Counted from the first letter of the whole stretch, positions 11,518-24,606 are shown. The stretch: 63,834 bases of DNA, filler included, from Reclinomonas americana ATCC 50394 (GCA_048213135.1; 23 parts of 23 records of this genome joined end to end with filler, not necessarily neighbours in it); one strand, 5' to 3'. Numbers and translations: made by a program. The notes: generated by a model not told the origin, from the letters alone.

Positions 11518-14500
11518 CGTCACACTGCCGCCAAGCAGTGCACCAATAGTGGTCACAATGCCGCCGCTGTTCAAGCCGCCAGAGCTCGCCAACCGCCTTG
11601 CAGCGAACCCACAGTCGTCACACTGCGGTAGCGCGACGACGGCTTGATCGTCTGGAACAGCTGCACGCAAGTGCCGGCAACGGCCGGGTTGGTGCCGCTG
11701 CCGAGCACAGCAGTGTTCATGCCCAGGCCGTCAGCGGCGGCCGGGTTGCCAGTCGACGCCAGGAAGCGGGTCGTCCACTGCCAGAACACCAGGTAGTAGG
11801 TGGCGGCCGCAGTCGTGCCCGAGCCCACCGCAGTCCACGACACGCGGTACTCGTTGGCGGCGTAGAAGTCCAGCGACGGGGTGCCAGCAGCCGGCACAAT
11901 GCCAGTCGTGGTCACCGGCGACGCCTGAATGTAGATCGACAGCGAGTTGTTGCCCGTGCCAATCGAGTTGGTCGCGTTGAGGAAGAAGCGGTAGAAGTTG
12001 CCGTTCACCACCGTCACAGACGCCGTGGTGTCGGTGGCACCCAACGCGACACTCGGGCTTGTAGTCGTAGCCGACGCACCAGTCAGCGACTGGCCAGAGA
12101 TGGTAGTCGACGCACCAGTGGCAGTCGTCCACGAGAACGCAATCGCCGTGCCAGTGTTGCTGGTCACCGCAAAGTTGGTCTGGTCGTTCGGCACCTGGCC
12201 CGTCAGCACGTTGTTGTTGAGGCCGTTGCCGATGATGCCGTCGCCGAAGGTGGCCTGAGTGGTCGACGTGCCAATGCCGTTGATGCCGCGCACATCGATG
12301 AAGTAGTTGGTGGCGTTAGTGAGGCCGCGAATCACAGCCTGCTGCACCGAGGTGGTGTTCTGGGTCAGCGTGCTGGCCGTAGCCGCGCGCCACGACACCT
12401 GCCACTTGGTCACAAAGCCCTGGCCGCCAGTCTCCTGCGGCTGTCCCCAGCTGAGCCAGATCGAGGTCGAACGCTTGAGCAAAAGGTTCGACGACAGCGA
12501 CGTGATGCCGCCCGGGCGCTGCGGCGACGTGGCCGTGGTGATGGTGATGGCCGTCGCAGACCAGGCAGTCTGGTAGCCGTTGAACGACGCCACGCCAATG
12601 CGGTACTTGGTGTTGGAGGTCAGGCCATTCACCAGCAGCGTCGTGGTGGTCGAGCCGAGCGAGCCAGTGATCATGAACTGAGTCACAAACGAGTCCGGCA
12701 CGAAAGTGGTCGAGGTGACGTTGGTCAGGTTCTGCACCAGCACCTGCACGCCGACATAGTTGTTGAAGCCGTCCGACGTGGTCAGCGAGTACTGCGTGCC
12801 GATCACCGTCGACGGGGTCGACAGTGTAAAGGTGGCGTAGCCGGAGCCAGTCGTGCCAGCCGAGCCGCCAGTGGTCAGAGCCGGCAGCGGGTACGGGCGC
12901 ACAATCGAGTTGGCAATCTGCGACAGAGTGCCCGACTGAGCACCGCTCTGCGTCGAGGTCACACCAGAGTCCGAGCGGGTGTTGGTGGCCTGCACGGCGT
13001 AGGTGTACGACTTGCCCGGAATGGTCGGGAAGTTGAAGTTGGTGGTCAGCGTCGTCCACGTGTACGTGCGGTTGCAGTTGTTGGTGTTCTGCGTCACAAT
13101 GTAGCCGTTGATCGAGGTGCCACCAATGCCAATCGGCGATGCCCACGAGATGCTGGTGATGGTGTCCTGGTAGCAGTTGCCAGAGAAGCCCACACCGAGG
13201 GTACCAGCCACAGCAGCGCAGCCGGCGCTCGAGTTGGTGCCGTGCGAGTTCGCAATACCTCCAGTAAGCGTCGGGGCGTCGGGGGCGATCGGAGTATCGT
13301 CTGTGGTGGGAGAAGGGAGGCGGTGGATGAGATACTGATATTCAAAAAAGCACATGTCTCCCTGTCACGCTCTCTTTCTCTCTCCCACCCTCTCCCTCTC
13401 CATCAATCTCAACCCCCTTCCCCTTTCCCCTTCAACAACGCAACTGCTGTTGTGAGCGGTCTGAGTGATCGGACCAGCAGCAGTGGCCGAGTTGGTCGAC
13501 GTGGCAGTGGCGTACACCTGGTACGTATACGTGTACGACGTGTTGGCCGTCAGCGTAGTGTCGGCAGTGTAAGCGGCGGTGGTCGCCCAGCCAGCCGACA
13601 GGGTCACAGTGGCCACAGACACCGGGTCGCGCTGCCCTGGCCGCGGAAGATCGTGAACACCGTCACCGCGTTGGAGCCAAAGTTCTGCGGAATCGTCCAC
13701 TGCAGGAAGATGTTGGTGAGGCCGTACTGCGTCACGACCAGGCTGGTCGGCGGGTTCGGAACGACACCGGTGGCAGCCGGAGTGGTGAAGTTGACAGACG
13801 AGCTGAACACACACGACACCGGGTTGGCGACAGTGCCAGCCGGGTTGAAGGGCGACGTCGGGAAGGCGATCGAGAACTGGTTGCTGGCGCGCACCTGCAC
13901 GTTGACCGAGGTGCCAGCCGGCAGGCCAGTCACGTCAATGTAGTAGGTCGACAGGTTGTTGTTCCACGACGCCGCAGCGCCAGTGCCGTTGGTGGACGGG
14001 ATGGAGCTGGTGTCAATGTTGACAGCAGAGCCGGCAGTGGCCGCAGTCACCGACGAGGCGCTGGTGGTGTAGTACACCACACGGTAGGCGCTCAAGTTCG
14101 GAGTCGGAGTCGTCAGGTTGCTCTGCGTGGCGCTCGAGGTGGCAGTGTTGGAGCCGCCGACGCTGATCGGGGTCGAGAAGTTGAGGCGCACGCCAGTCGA
14201 GAACAGGCGCGAGTACGCCACACCAGTGGGCGCAGCCGGCACCGCACCGTTGTTGTCGGCGGTGGCCTGGACGGAGCCGGCCGCCGAGGCAGTAGTGTTG
14301 TTGTTCACAGTGAACTTGGCCTTGACCGTGTACTGCGTGGCAGCCACAAAGTTGTTGGCGGTGCCGCTCACAGTGAAGCCGGTAATCTGCTGGTAGAAGC
14401 CAGAGGTGTACGAGAACAGGCCGTAGAACGAGGTGGTGAGCAAGCCAGAGCCAGTCGCGCCGGTGGTGATGGCAGGCTGGTCAGAGCTGGCGTTGGTCAC

Positions 14501-15146
14501 CGTGTAGGCGGCGGTCGGCGCAGCGCCAGTGTCGCCCGTGCCAAAGGTGGCCGGGTAGTTGAAGGCGACGACAAACGACGTCGAAGTGACCTGGTCCACA
14601 GAGCCAGTGTACGGGGCCACAGTGTAGCCTGTCGGCGTGGCCGGCGCACCCGACGCCAGGGTCACCGTCACGGGTCAGGTTGTCACCGTTGGCACCCGGA
14701 GTGCCGCTGCCGTTGTTGTAGGTCGTCGAGATGGCGCAGCTGGTGCCAGTCAGACCAGTGACCATGACGAGCACGCGGTTGCGCGACAGACCAGAGCTGC
14801 CGGCCGGAATGCCAAAGTCGGTCAGGTCGGCAATGCTGGTGACTACCGTCACCGCACCGCTGCCGCAGTCCGACTCGACGTACCACGACGGAGCACCGCC
14901 AATCACACCCACGTTGGCCGCCACACCCTCCCACTCCACCCACGTTGAGGTCGACGTAATGTAGCGCAGAGTGGACGACAGCGTCGGCGCCGCAGTCGAA
15001 ACCTTGGTGGCATCCGAGCCGCTGGTGGTCAGAGTGCCGCTCCAGGCCGCAGCCGAGCGGTTCACCTGCGACTCAGTCCACACATTGATGGTGCAGCCCT
15101 GGCCAGTGGTGGCGTTGGTGGCCAGAGTCACACCGCGCCACGTGCT
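11518..15146 (-). CDS. Large multi-fibronectin-type-III, Thr/Ser/Gly/Ala-rich extracellular protein (partial at both ends; two frameshifts; one intron at about 13303-13440)
   Basis: Repeated FN3 motifs: PNPPTSLVV..LQWTIPQNFG, PDAPTL..ISWASP..INGYIV..YTYAVQATN, GLTSNTKYRIGVASFNG, LSWGQPQETGG..GLTNATNYFIDVRGINGIG. Frame changes at about 13625 and 14672. Confidence 0.8.
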
Positions 15147-15246
15147 NNNNNNNNNNNNNNNNNNNNNNNNNNNNNNNNNNNNNNNNNNNNTTAATTAATT
15201 AANNNNNNNNNNNNNNNNNNNNNNNNNNNNNNNNNNNNNNNNNNNN

Positions 15247-16880
15247 CCCACGCCCACCAGGCCACCGGATACCCACTGCACAATAGATGCGAATGAGCTC
15301 TACATGCGATAAAAACATACACACGCGCGATGCTACATACCAAGTTGCCACTCAAGATGGACACCGCTTGCACGGCGTCGCCCACAAACAGCGTCGATGG
15401 CGCGCCGAGTACCACACGCAACGACTGCAGTCCGTTGAGAGAGAGCGTGTCGGTGGAGAGTTGAAGGGGATAAAGGGTGCCGGTGCTGGAGCGCCAGAAT
15501 GGTAGTCCTCCCACAGCGTACAACCACGACATGCCGGCAGTGGCCGTGGACGCCGGCTGGCTGGCCAGCTCAGCAATGCCAATCAAATTGTTTTGCAGCA
15601 CCAGCCGCTGCGAGCCGGTTACCAGGAACTGGAGCGTGGTGCCTACAGCCCATTGTCAGCGAAAGAGGAGAGTGCAGACACAGCAAGCGGCGACGAACCA
15701 GTGGAAAAGAAGCCAGTGTCGCCGTCTGCATCGAATGCGTAGCCAACGTTGGAGGCGGAACCTGCCGGTGCACCGGTCGCTGCACGGTAGCCGCCAGTGT
15801 TGTGCACGCGCGCGGCAGGCGTGGCGGTCCCGATACCGAGATACCACCCGTCGACGCCAAACGATTGCATGACCTGTGAGCACCGCGAGCATGAAATTTT
15901 CGTGCCAGCTCAGCGTGTCGCCAGATCTCTCACTCATCACGCACCACTCCCGCTGTGGTGCTACCAAACGAGATGAGCGAAACGTTGCTCGTTGCCACAT
16001 TGAGCGACGCTGTCGGCGCCGAGCCAGATACCGCGAGGAGGGCCATGCCAGCCATGGACAGCTGGGAACCCTGCACGGTGAGTACGCCGGCCACCGTGAC
16101 ACCCGACGCATCGCCGGCCACGGTCAACAGCGATGTGCCGAGGACCGCTAGCTGCAGACTTGGAGGGCTGGCAGTGGTGGCAAAGAAACCCGTTGTTGGC
16201 ATATCCGTGAACGCATAGCCGGTGTTGGCGACCGTTCCTGGTTGCACCACCGCACCGCCGGCCACATGGAACGCCGCAAACGGATTCGCGATTGATCCTA
16301 CCATCAGAGTCGTCCCCAGCGACATGGTGTCGTACTTCAGCAGCTGTGTGAATAACAGACAGAGAGAGGTGTTCACGGTGAGCGGGAAAATCGTCTCTTG
16401 CGCAATCGACTTGGTGAGTGCGCGCACCATCTTGCCTCCCAGGAACGACATGATGGGGTACGCAGTCGGTGGACTGTCGGCGAATCCAACAGTCACTGTC
16501 TGGCCCGAGGCGGCGAGAATGGGACTGGTGGAGAAGAACGACAATGTCGAGCCCGTGATTTGCAACTTGTCGGCTCGCATCAGTGCCGAATCCGTGTCCA
16601 GCGCAGGAAGCGACAGACGCGTAGACGCGCCGATGCTCAACTGCAACTTGGATTGCGCTGCAAGGCCAACGAGTGAGCAATTGCCGTACTTCAAGGCAGT
16701 CTCGTTTCTACGCCCGTGCACTCACCAGTGTCGAAGAACAAGCCAGTTCCGTTGGCGTCAAACGCAAAGCCGGCATCCACACCGACCGCCACGGCGCCGC
16801 CGGCGGCGATAATACCGCCGTTTGTGTGCAGCGAGACTGCCGGGCTGGCCACGTTGATGCCGACGCGGGATTGTTGCAGT
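15247..16880 (-). CDS. Middle part of the intron-containing tail-fibre-like repeat protein
   Basis: Modules RVGINVASPAVSLHTNGG, MVGSIANPFAAFHVAGG, YLGIGTATPAARVHNTGG and WVSGGLVGVG. The first three are followed by a GF/YAF..D..TG(L/F)F motif; the last runs off the contig end. Exons are separated by short GT-AG introns. Confidence 0.8.
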
Positions 16881-17109
16881 CGCTGTGAGGCGCAGATAGG
16901 TCAGTACATGATGTCGTTCACACACGCAAGGCATGCACGCGTGACGCACCAGAGTTTTGCCAGNNNNNNNNNNNNNNNNNNNNNNNNNNNNNNNNNNNNN
17001 NNNNNNNTTAATTAATTAANNNNNNNNNNNNNNNNNNNNNNNNNNNNNNNNNNNNNNNNNNNNTGTCGCACGCGGCTGTCGTGCAGTAGAGGTGAATGAA
17101 TCCCCACAG

Positions 17110-18926
17110 CGTGGAGTCCGCAATGTCCGTGACGGTGGCCAAACTGACGGCGCGCTTGTCGGTGCCCAGCAGCAGCGTGTTGCCAGTCGACGCCAGCGAG
17201 CCGGCGTAGATGGTCGGCGACGACGATGCTGCAGACGATAGGCGCAACCGCTCCGATCCATCAATCATCAGCACCAAGCTGTTGGTGACGTTATCTGCAA
17301 AGAGGGGGAGTGTCAGCCGCGCACACGCACAGACATAGATCCTCTCGCGATGAATGCCGTACCGACATAGAGTCCCGTCTGATCGGAAAAGCCAAAGCCA
17401 ACATCAAATGCAGCTGGAGTAGGCAATCCAGACGCAACACGCACACCGCCATTGGCGTGCAACTTGACGGCCGGCGACGTGAGATCGACGCCGAGATTGC
17501 CGTCCGCACGCGAGTACTGCGATCGTGGGGAGGTGAGGAGGAGACGCACCGCTGTTTTTAGCGCACAGAATGACAGAACGCAACGAGGTGAGGAAACACC
17601 ATATCCATTGCGGCGAATCCACTGCCGAACAGCAACTTGCTGCCCGACGTTTGCAGCACAGAGAGGCCGTTGAAGGTCAACACGGGGTCGGCGCCGCCCG
17701 TCGTCACCATGTCCAACAGCGCAGTCAGTGTCGCCACCGAGTTCGCCGACGGTCGCAGTCGCAGTCGGTCCGCACCCCCCAGCATCACAGACAGCTCGCT
17801 CGACATGCCGCCCGTCGAGAACAGTCCCGTGCTCCCATCGTCGTCGAACGCATAGCCAATGTCCGTCAGCGGCGGCTCACCGACTTTGGCTCGAATGCCA
17901 CCACGCACTTGCAGCTTGGTCGCCGGCGCCGATTCACCAATGCCCACTTGACCGGCGTTGGTAACAATCTGCGTGCAGAAGTGAGTGAGAACCACGGCAG
18001 CAGCACCAGCAGCAACGGTACCACAAACAAACCAATCGATTGCTGGCGCGGAACACCACATCGGCAAAGTCCGTGCCCATAATGAGCGTCGTGCCACCAC
18101 CATCCGTCGTCACATACGTCTTGCTGTTCATGCGCAAGGGCGAGTTTGACACATTCAGCGAGCCCGTCAACACAATCTCCCCAGTGCTGCTGTTCGGCAC
18201 TGCGATGCGTGGAGTACCCGCCACCGAGAGCGTCAGATCGGGAGTGACCGCTGCAATATCGCACGAAAAGTGAGTCGCCAAGAGCACGTGATACGACAGC
18301 TGTGGAAACAATACCATTGCAAAACACTCCCGTATCGGCGGCGCTGTCGAATGAGAAACCGACATTGGATGAGGCGCCCGCGGTCGTGCCGCGTGCCGCA
18401 CGAACGCCGCCAGCCACATGCAGAGTCGCCGCTGGCGCCACCGTGCCGACACCCACGAGGCCACCAGATACCCACTATACCAAGATCGAAACGAAGAGTG
18501 AGTAAATGGAAATTATGGATCCATTGCTATCGACACCACCCGCACCATGCTTCCGCTCAAAACCGACACGGCGCCAAAGTCGTCGCCAACAAAGAGGGTG
18601 GACGGCAATCCAACAACTCCACGCAACGATCGCAGTCCACCGAGGGCCAATGTGCTGCCACTGACCGCCAGCGACCCGGTGATTGTGACCGACGAGGAAA
18701 TGTCAGCGGGCAACGTGAGACGCGCCACATCGCCGGCGATGATTTGCACACTGACAGGACCACTGGAGGTGCTGTAGATACCAGTGTCGTCGGCAAAGCT
18801 GAAGCCTGTATTCCGTGACGAGGCACTCGTCAGGCCCTGTTTGGCGCGAATACCGCCGCTGACATCCAGCTGCACGAGGGGAGTGCCTTGGTTGATGCCC
18901 ACGTAGCCGCTCGCCTTGGACAGCAC
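17110..18926 (-). CDS. Upstream part of the intron-containing tail-fibre-like repeat protein (5' partial)
   Basis: Modules GYVGINQGTPLVQLDVSGGIRA, LVGVGTVAPAATLHVAGGVRA, QVGIGESAPATKLQVRGGIRA and NLGVDLTSPAVKLHANGGVRV, with GT-AG introns. 17686-18422 is near-identical to 3002-3740. Confidence 0.8.
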
Positions 18927-19791
18927 CTGCGACGAGAGCGTTGANNNNNNNNNNNNNNNNNNNNNNNNNNNNNNNNNNNNNNNNNNNNTTAATTAATTAA
19001 NNNNNNNNNNNNNNNNNNNNNNNNNNNNNNNNNNNNNNNNNNNNAGTCACGTTGTATGATGCCCATAGACGACAGAGAAGCGACAGCGATGAAGACGCCC
19101 CGTATGGAGTGCATGTTCTTCCGACTGTTTCGCAAGCACACGCCGTGCGCTCGCATGCCGTCAGGCATGGCGAGGCACGGAGATGTGCGTGTATTGAGGG
19201 GTTGTGGGGACCGCGGCGTCGGCCTCAGAGAAGAGCATGGGAGAAACAACCCTCTGATTATGTGTTGGAGATTGCCAGGATCGCTGCGGCTTGTAGTTTT
19301 AGTGGCGATCGGGAATGAAGGGCTGGCTGTGGATGTGGTACATGTTGTGAGAAGTGCAGGGCATTCTGTTCGCCGTCTTTGGACGGCATAGGTGTTGTTA
19401 AGAAGAGTGTGTGGGAGTGCTGTTTTTCTTTTCTGTCGGTGTGGTATGTGGCTTTATCTAGGAACGTTGATGGGGCCGGGAGCTCGGGTGATCGGAGCTC
19501 AGTAGATGCCCATGCGCTGTGAGCGCGAGTAGCAATGACCGCGGGTTTGAACCCGGGAGCGGCGTAGAACACATGATAGTGGATGTGTAGATATCGAAGA
19601 TTCTTTTCACCTTGTCGCCAAGGCGACAGAAGTGGTGTCAAGTGGGCACACGCTTGCGTGTGAGGGCACTTGTTTATCATGAGGAACCGCCTACGTGCGT
19701 ACTCGTAACCGTGATCGTTGGCACTGTGTGCCCATGAGGGGAGAACGGAATATCGATGGGTGATCGGAGTTATTTGGAGGATATGCCTGTT

Positions 19792-19875
19792 TCTGGCGTT
19801 CCGCACGGGCACCCCTGAGTAGGGTGGTGCGAATCTGGTGTTCCGCACGAGCACCCCTGAGTCGGGTGGTGCGAG
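19792..19875. repeat. 42-bp tandem repeat x2, each unit able to form a hairpin
   Basis: TCTGGCGTTCCGCACGGGCACCCCTGAGTAGGGTGGTGCGAA followed by TCTGGTGTTCCGCACGAGCACCCCTGAGTCGGGTGGTGCGAG. Confidence 0.85.
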
Positions 19876-20496
19876 GAGGCATACTGCCTTGGTCGCTATG
19901 CGCGAGAAACAGGATCGATAATTGGAGATTCGAAAGTGGAATCTTTTTCTAAGCTGAGGATCGGCGTTTCGGTTGTGGGGGTCGTTGCAAGGAGCGTGGG
20001 AAACGTCTCGCACCGGATTTTATCCGATGAGCACCCTCTTTGGGGTCGGAAAGACGGAAGAGGAAGAGAACCCAAAAATGGTCAATTCGAACCGGTTCGA
20101 ATTCGGTTCTATAAAGGTGGAGACCAACGATGAGTGATTCACTGCACTCTTTTTCTGCTCGGGGGGAGCACGTAACGTCGTCTCTCTATTACGTGAGTTT
20201 TCTTTCGCACTAGCGGTGTGCGTGTGACGTCGTTATTCGTCTGCGTGAGAAGTGGGACACATGCATATGTCAACTGACATGCATGTGATCATTCCCCTCT
20301 CCTCTCTCTCGCCCCCTAGATCGTCGTTGAACGTGTCGGTGAACGCGTCATTGTGGAGGAAGGAAGCTCGTTTGTGAGCACNNNNNNNNNNNNNNNNNNN
20401 NNNNNNNNNNNNNNNNNNNNNNNNNTTAATTAATTAANNNNNNNNNNNNNNNNNNNNNNNNNNNNNNNNNNNNNNNNNNNNCTGAGCACGTGCATT

Positions 20497-21810
20497 ATGG
20501 TCGCCAGTATGCTGACCGAGGGCCTACCCCGCGTTACAGTTGAACGCCAGATGGAGGCAGGGAGGCCGACACCACCGCCACCCCCACCGCCGCCGGCTCC
20601 TCCGGCGGTGCGTACGACCACGCAACCGGTCGGTACGGTTGGGCGGGGACAGAGCGTCACCCCGCGTGGCGCAGCACCTGTGCAGGCGAGGCCGGCCACG
20701 GCCAACCGCGGAGCACAACAATTGGCGGCGGCGGGTGGTCGAGGGGTCGGCGCCGGAGCGCAGCAGCATGGGGTGGCATACACAGTGCCGACACCCGTCC
20801 CTCACGCCAGACAGGAGTCAGCGGCCGCGCCGGTCGTCAATCGTGACCGGAGGGTGGATGCAGGCCACGCTGGCGGACAGATGGTGTACGTGGAGGACGA
20901 CGAGGAATGGGCGGAGGCCTATCAGGAGCCCATGTCCGCCCGCGCTTTCACGGAGGCGCTGGAGTTGCAGCGACTGCGGCGCGACAACGACACACTCCGC
21001 GAGTCGGTGGTCGACATGCGGAAGATGATGGAGCGTCTGGTGAAGGGACAGAAGTCTCTAAGCGAACGCCTGCGGGCGTCAGAGGCGGAGCGCGCCCAGC
21101 CAGTGGCTGGCCCAGAGGCGCAGGGGGCGGTCGCTCCAGCCGCCGCAGTGCAGCAGCAGCCGAGAGCGCCGCCCGCTCCAGCGGCCGCAGTGCAGCAGCA
21201 ACAGCAGCAGGGGGTGGCGGCGGGTTCTGCCGCAGCACAACCTGGCGAACCCGGTGTGGGGGCGGCGGCGCCCGCAGCAGCACCTGTGGTTGGAGTCGTG
21301 GCAGCGGCGGTGGTGCTACCGCCGACGGTGGAGGGCATGTTGGCCGCCGTCGGTGAGCCGGTGAACATAGACGCGGTGAAGAAGACCTTGCGAGAATTGT
21401 GCGCGCACGGGAGACTGTTTGCAGCGAGACTGCCTTTCGACGTGGCGGAGCAGGAGGCCGCAGCGGCGTCAATGGTGGACCTGCCGGTCACACGGGCCGA
21501 GAACCTCTTTGTCGAGGGAGCAGCAGAGCTCATTTCCCTTTCCCTGCCGACGAGCGCCGACTGGGCTGCTGCCAGAGTCGCCCATGATCGACAGCCTCTG
21601 GGACACTCACGCCTCGCCTTGGACCGCCTGGTCTACGACTTCATGAAGTCGCGCCGCGACATTGTGCGCGACGCGGGGTTGGCTATGATGAGCGACCAGG
21701 CGACTGGCGTTGGGCGAGGGTGGCCGGACACAGTCGAATTGGAGGTGAGGGCCTACGAAATGGCCGTGCACACCGACCAGCTCGTGACCACGAGGTCCCA
21801 GGCGGTACAA
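20497..21810 (+). CDS. Intronless Pro/Ala/Gln-rich protein with coiled coil, possibly a retroelement gag-like ORF (partial)
   Basis: Open across the whole contig with no introns, unlike most host genes here. Coiled coil FTEALELQRLRRDNDTLRESVVDMRKMMERL. Composition and layout resemble the gag ORF at 42320. Confidence 0.45.
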
Positions 21811-21910
21811 NNNNNNNNNNNNNNNNNNNNNNNNNNNNNNNNNNNNNNNNNNNNTTAATTAATTAANNNNNNNNNNNNNNNNNNNNNNNNNNNNNNNNNN
21901 NNNNNNNNNN

Positions 21911-22832
21911 CAGCATGCATGGCCAAGCGCGCGTCATCGAGTTCGAAGTGAGCAAGGCCGCGCGGCGTGGACCACACTCGCATTGTCTTGTCATGGCCAC
22001 CCGCACTCACAATGTGCTGGCCATCAGGAGAGACGGCCACAGACGATACGTATACCCATGAAGTGTGTCCCTCCAACCGTCGCACTTCCTCGCCACTCGC
22101 CAAAGACCATACCCGCACTGTGTTATCCCCACTCCCACTCACGATATGCTGACAATTCGGAGTGACGGCGACACAATACACCCATGAAGTGTGTCCCTCG
22201 AAACGTCGCACTTGGTCTCCACTCATCAGCGACCATACTCGCACGGTGTTGTCTCCACTCCCACTCACGATGCGCTGACCATCGAGTGTGATAGCGACAG
22301 ACTGCACCCACTTAGTGTGTCCCTCCAGCCGTCGCACTTCTTCCCCACTCGCCATCAACCACACTCGCACAGTATGATCTCCACCCCCACTCACAATGTG
22401 CTCACTATCAGGGGTGACAGCGACTGACCACACCTTATCGGCGTGTCCTTCCAGCCGTCGCACCTCCTCCCCACTCGCCAGAGACCACACCCGTACTGTG
22501 TTATCGTAGCTGCCGCTGACAATGTGCTGGCCATCGAAGGCGACGGCGACAGACCACACCTTATCATCGTGTCCCTCTAGCCGTCGCACCTCCTCGCCAC
22601 TCTCCAGCGACCACACACGCACGGTACAGTCTCCACACCCACTCACTATCTGCTGGCCATTGGGGGTGACGGCGACAGACCACACCGGACCAGTGTCTCT
22701 CTCCAGTCGTCGCACTTCTTCCCCACTCGCCAGAGACCACACTCGAACGGTGCCATCCTCACACCCACCAACAATGTGCTTGCCATCTGGAGTGATGGTG
22801 ACGGACCGCACTGCAGCGAGACTCTGAATGAT
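21911..22832 (-). CDS. WD40 protein exon with seven highly similar 42-aa repeats (partial)
   Basis: Consensus GEEVRRLEGHxxxVxSVAVTPDGQHIVSGxxDxTVRVWSLAS with a 126-nt period. Splice acceptor-like CAG near 22833. Confidence 0.92.
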
Positions 22833-24530
22833 CTGTATCAATCACTCGTGGTGCGACGCACATGCACAAACACACAAACAACAACCGCACACACGCACGA
22901 GCACACGAATGCACGCACAGACACCAACCACGCAAAAGTGCGCACACATTCACACCTTGGTTGACATTCTCCTGCTCAGGATTGTCACGAGTTCCCGCCT
23001 TTCTTCTCCCGCCTTGCTCTGAGACGTCCCGCATCCCTGCAACCAGCACCCCACACAGCATGCGGTAGTGTGTGAACGATGTGGCTTCGTTGATGCGTGT
23101 GGGCTTTTGAAGACCGACATGGGACACGTTGATGCGATATCGGCAGAATGGACAAGCAGGGTGGTGGTGGCTCGAGGTGGCGCTCCACTGCACCGTGCTG
23201 CTGTCCAGCAACATTGCCTTTCGACTGACCTGCATTCTCTCTCAACGAGGACTGGACTGTCGGGCTGCTTGGATGTGCCCTGTTGTGCAGATGCCACAGC
23301 AAACTCGAGAATCGATAACGCACCGAGTCAGCGACACCTCACACCTCGGATCGGCCCACAGCGAAGTTGAGGTCAGACAATGAAGAAAAAGAGCCACATG
23401 AGACAGGAGAGGAGCGACCAGCACAGCAGCACAGCGGTGGACGAGGAAGCTGTGTCGTGAGACTCGCCTCCTCTCACTCAAGTCACAATCAATGCCTCGT
23501 GCCTTCAATCACACTCACGGTCGGTCGGTGAACCGTCTCATGCACGCACTGTGAAGCACGGAACCACGTGTCTTCGCATGCCAGTCTCTTGCCAGCACGC
23601 CTGTGTTCAGATCACACACAGAACTGTGTCAGTCAATCTCCAAGTCTCGCCAACTTGTTCCTCAACGCAGATGCAGAACACACACGCACCATGTGCTGCT
23701 TGCCGAGCACGTGTCTGCAGTCTCCCATAACCACCACATGGTCACTTGGCAGTGCCAGCAGCAACCAATGTGCGCACATCATCGATCCGCTCCGACTTGC
23801 CAGCCGGGATTGAAAACGATCCGCCGACCAGGCCGCCATGGCACACCACGGCACGCATGCGTACACCCACTCAACCGCGCTCTTCATGGCATGCACGGCC
23901 TGCATGAATCAGGTGAGTGGGAAGGAAAGAGGAAAGAGAGATCACAACGAAAAAGGCCACACACCTGCTTCGTGCATGGTGGGATGCGAGTGGGGAATCG
24001 AGCGAGTGAGGTGACAGCCGGCAATGGGCGATGCATAGCACGCCTATCATCGTCACAACCAACGAGCAATATGTGTTTCCATGGTGTCTGCATGTCGATG
24101 CACAGTGAGCAAAAGGAATGGAGGAAGAGGAGAGAAATCTACTAACGTGACGAACACACCGATCAGCACCTGAAACCAACACGCGTTTGCTCAAGAGGCA
24201 AGACGAGGGAAGCTTCTGCACACACAACAATCCTACGGGAGAGAGAGAGAGCAGACTCAGTCGGCAGTCACACCACCTCACGCACATCGGTATCGGGCTG
24301 CTCATCATGATGGACTGCCCAACACGATGACAGGATGCAATCGGTACATCATGAGCAGGTAAGCATAATCGGCTTCAAACGAGTGCAGAAAGGATGGAGC
24401 GCATGACTGGGGAAGCAGATGAGCGCGCAAAGGAGGAAGATGGTGAAGAGAGAGAGAGAGAGGGAGAGAGCGGGATGACATGCATTCTTCAGAGACGGAA
24501 GGAGTATGCACATGCACAATGGGAGAAAGA

Positions 24531-24606
24531 AAAGTGGCGCCAAGGAAGTGTGCAAAGCAAGACGCGAGAAAGTGGCGCCAAGGAAGTGTGCAAAACAAGA
24601 CGCGAG
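24531..24606. repeat. 38-bp tandem duplication
   Basis: AAAGTGGCGCCAAGGAAGTGTGCAAA(G/A)CAAGACGCGAG x2. Confidence 0.85.

Noticed and set aside
11598..13943. 781-aa plus-strand ORF (likewise 32774-33913, 37631-38539 and 43910-44896 on the opposite strands of real genes)
   Set aside because: These are antisense shadows of strongly codon-biased GC-rich genes, with no recognisable motifs.
19792..19875. CRISPR array
   Set aside because: Only two abutting units, with no unique spacers and no cas genes.
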